64,000 bases of DNA from Fimicolochytrium jonesii (lineage: Eukaryota): the NCBI RefSeq assembly GCF_025526975.1, contig NW_026515685.1:434001-498000 (forward strand), in the 5' to 3' direction. This document shows, in pieces, positions 60,374 through 64,000 of the stretch. The translations under genes and the position numbers were made by a program. Positions within the stretch are counted from its first letter, which is position 1. Each line of letters starts with the position of its first letter. A model generated the notes under the pieces. The model was not told the DNA's origin and did no database searches. It was given only the letters and a program-made list of their open reading frames with translations.

Positions 60374-61600
60374 ATGGCTGCCACTGCAGTCTCCCGCTTT
60401 CCGGACCCATCATATGACCGCCAACACTCCCTGCACCCACAATATCCCGTCGTGCGCGGCCGTGTGAGCCCTCCGTCCCAGCAGCCATCCCACGGTCCCA
60501 GTCGGCGCTCAAGCCAGGAACTCCGCCAGCCATCTATGGAGGTCCAGCCGTTATCACCGACGACGACGTCGAAGCCGTCGCCGCATGCGCAGGAAGCGGC
60601 ACTGCCGATTGCCGTTGTCTGTGAGTCGCCGGCGGCGGCGGCGGGGCCGAGCGAGCAGCAACCAACGGAGGATGTTATAACTTCTACGCGTGCGCAACAG
60701 ATAACGCAATCGCTAAAGGAGGAAAGTCCTGTTCAGGAGCATACTACGCAAAAGCCGTTATCGCAATCCTTCAGCGTCGCGGCTCCACCGCCAACGTCAC
60801 CGTTGGCAGCCGCACATCGGAAATTCCTGTCGAGTGACGATGCCGTGCGGAAAAAGGAAAGCAATCATCGGGCTTTGTGCAAGGCGTTGCTGGATATACA
60901 AGACCCGGAGGAATGGAAACGGCCGTTGGCTTCGCGGCGTGATATGAGTTCGCCGAGGACGTCGTCGACGCCGGCTGCTGCAGTCACTCCGTCGCGCGCT
61001 GAGGTTGCTGTTTCTGCTTCTCCGGCGGCCTTGGCGACGACGATACCGACCCCCGCCGTCGGGAGTCGAGACACTGGAACGCAAACGCCGCCTCGGAATG
61101 ATATCTCTAAGAACATGTCCGTAGCCGCCCGGTCGACGCCTGTGGTTGCCGCTGAGAGTGAAGTGAGTCAGATACCACATCATGACAGGCAGCAGCACCT
61201 GCAGCAGACAACGGCCTGGGTGGCTCAGCAGTCGTTGCAACCTGACCTAGCTCCGTTACCATTACCTCAGCAACAACCGGTAGAAACACTAACGGCCGAG
61301 CCTCAACAACCCGCTCAAGTGCCGGCGCAGTACATGCAGCAGCCAGTCTATCGCCCGTATGGATACCGCTATGTCGCAGCAACACATCACGCGCAACAGC
61401 ACTACCCCCAACCCCAACTGGTCGCAGATCCTGCGATAACGGAGCAGATGCAACATGCCTACATGCAGTCGCGGCCGCTAAATCAGTGGCTGCCCGGACA
61501 AGCGGAGCAGATGCACCCACGCATGCCATACCATGCGCATGCTGTACATCACACCGGTCAACAGCCATATCCGCAAGTACTCCTCCAACAACAACAACAA

Positions 61601-61633
<33 letters not shown>

Positions 61634-62704
61634 CTGCAACAACTGCAACAACACCAAAAGCAGCAATTTCCACATCCCCAACAATATCCCCAGGTCCCGC
61701 CACACCCCTTCCGCAGCGCCACCCGTCCCATCATCAACCCCAACCCGCACCATACCCAGCAGCGCGCACAAATCGCCGCCGCAGCCTCCCTCCCCGCCCG
61801 CGCCAAACCCTCAACAACTCCCACCCGCGAACCTATCATCACAGTCGGCTTCTGCGCAAAATACGAACACCCAACCGTAACCTACCAAGAACAACAATCC
61901 AAAAGCTTCCCGGGCTCCGACATCCGCCTGCCCGGTTACGCGATGGGTGGGGGGGAGTACTCGCCCCACAACGATGACGGTGGCCTATTCATGCCCTACG
62001 CCCCCGTGCAACCCTTAAAATCGTCAACAGACGTATCCGGCACTGACACATCAAGCAGCAGCATAGCCGTGCAGCGCTCAACACTCGGGCCCTCCGCCGC
62101 CCCCCCGCGAGACAAGAGCAACAATAACCGCTGCTCATCCGCTCCGACCCGCCTCCTCCCCAAACGCACATTCCCGATGGCGAGCTGGACCCATCCCCCG
62201 CCTGAGACGAGGAGTAAGGTGCCGAACGTTAGGACGATTTGGAGGGCTGGTGAGGGGGTCGATAAACCTGCTGCTGCTATTACTACTACTGCTGCGAATA
62301 ACACCGCGGCGGCGGCGTTACCGGTGGCGATGACCAACCCGCGCGGCCGGACACGGTCGGACCCGGTCTTTGGACATTTGTTGGGGAACACGCCGCCTGG
62401 TCGGCATCACCACCACCACACGCGGGGTGGGGATGGACATGGGGAGGAGGAGGAAAGGCGGAGTAGTGATGATGAGGATCGGCAAGGGGGTGCCGGTGGT
62501 GGTGGGGGCGGTGCCGTACATCGTCATCACCACTCTACCCATCAGCATGCACACCCCCATGGACCCCCACCACAGCCCCGCAACCGACCGATAGCGGAGG
62601 AAGAGGATGAGGATTTGGCGGGGTTGATGGTGGAAGAGCAACCTGAGCAGCAAGAGAAGGAGGAGGGCGCACCGAGGGCGTGGTGGCGGACTTGGTTTGA
62701 TTAG
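60374..62704 (+). CDS. Hypothetical intronless Q/P/H-rich disordered protein
   Basis: 778-codon ORF with a polyQ tract; no family recognised. Confidence 0.65.
61587..61633 (+). repeat. (CAA)n microsatellite encoding polyQ
   Basis: CAA tandem array with one AAA interruption. Confidence 0.9.
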
Positions 62705-64000
62705 CGAGCATTGAGCCCTTGGAATCGGAGAGGCCCCACCTTTTATGTAATATGTGGTGTCGGGTTATTTTGCAATTGATTTGTGGGAATTTTTGGGATA
62801 TACTGTATTTATCTGCCGTTAGGATCTTCCCCGTTCTGTTTCCGCACTCTCTTTGCATAACAGCGCAAGTGCCCCGAGTTCTTCGGGGTGATTTGCGCCA
62901 TGAGTTGCTTACGCTCGCGGTTTCTCGACCGCACGCGTTACATAAGCTCAACCTGCTTTCATTTCACTTTTTTGGCATCACGCAAGAATCCAAATCGAGC
63001 AGCAAAGGGTAAGTGCTATTTCGCAAAAGTCATGCACGTGTAGGTCATTCTCCCGGCACATACTCCCCGTGATTGACGCCTAAGGTACTGTGTGTCGCCA
63101 ATCCTGCCATTCCGCGCTTGTAAACGTTCATTTCGCAGGGCTCGGAAGGACGGTAGGTAAGTCACCCCTCACCAACCGCACCTTCTCTCCTCATGTACAG
63201 CGTTTCAGCACAACGCGATCTCGCACGACCTGGGCTTGGAAACTAAAGTGACGCTCTCGACGCGATGGGGGCGCTACCGTCGCCGGTTCGTCTCGTGAGG
63301 GGATTCACCTCCTTGCTCCCGATGCTGCGGAAGATAGGTGTGCCGGCCCGCAACCGCACCCTCCGACCCCGGCCCCGGCTCCATGCACGGCCGCCCGCAC
63401 CCCGCCCACCCATGGATGTTTCGTGGCTGAAGAAAAGGGGATCCGGTGGGCCACTTGCCGTCTTCGTTCCCCCCCCCCCCCCCCCCCCATCACGGACAGC
63501 AGAGGTGCCCACATCCTCGCAATGTAGAGCAGGGAACCTTCGCCGCACCCTCGCTGGGCGGCGTCCACGAACATGAGAGGGGGCATATGACGCTTTGGGC
63601 ATGATTTTCCGCGTCCCCCTCGGGGTCGAGTTCCCGCGGAAGAAGGGTCTTGGTCGATTGGGGCGTGAAAATGCATGTGGGGTGTGCTGTTTGCTTCGTC
63701 TCTGGACATCAGAGGTAGGCAGGGGAAGCTAGGGGAAGGGGCCTGCGCGTCTATCCAGGACGCTGGGGAATGTCAGGGACTTTGGGATTGCAGGAAGAGC
63801 ACACCGTATGTGGTGATGGTGTGGAGTGCTGGATGCTCGACGCTGGTTTCTCGCTCTGACTACCAAACGGTAGTGGAGAACAAAGAAAGAAATCTCGGGA
63901 AATGCTTAAATTAAAAGACATGCTACATGAATGATTTAGGGCCTATGTCTATCAGGAACCCCCGGAGTCGGAAGGGTTATACGTGAATGGCCAAATGACT

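Noticed and set aside
1..64000. tRNA, rRNA, CRISPR arrays, transposases or LTRs
   Set aside because: None recognised by eye; small ncRNAs cannot be excluded without covariance-model searches

Overview
Gene-dense, intron-rich eukaryotic DNA from a flagellated early-diverging fungus (chytrid-like, inferred from GT-AG introns with CTRAC-type branch sites, fungal-type housekeeping genes, the ciliary genes enkurin and WDR60, and DET1). About 28 protein-coding loci were recognised by eye: DET1, GMPPA, LSM8, ASH2, CDC16, enkurin, WDR60, RRS1, TIM23, ADI1, DMC1, an ALY/Yra1-like RRM protein, a Ctr copper transporter, RPS9, H2A/H2B, a CCCH+F-box protein, cornichon, GMF, NDUFS7, RPS11, RPL38, USO1, PAM16 and several hypotheticals. 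Two decayed gene relics flank RPS9. The most striking observation is that USO1/p115 does not stop after its conserved C-terminal coil: it continues in frame into a U2AF65-RRM2-like RNA-recognition domain and a His-rich tail. Also notable are several long introns with nested stems, DMC1 micro-exons, a DNAL1 pseudogene, a shared RTCACRTG promoter motif and an alternating C-rich/G-rich block pattern. Exon boundaries were read manually, family calls rest on remembered motifs, and no searches were run.
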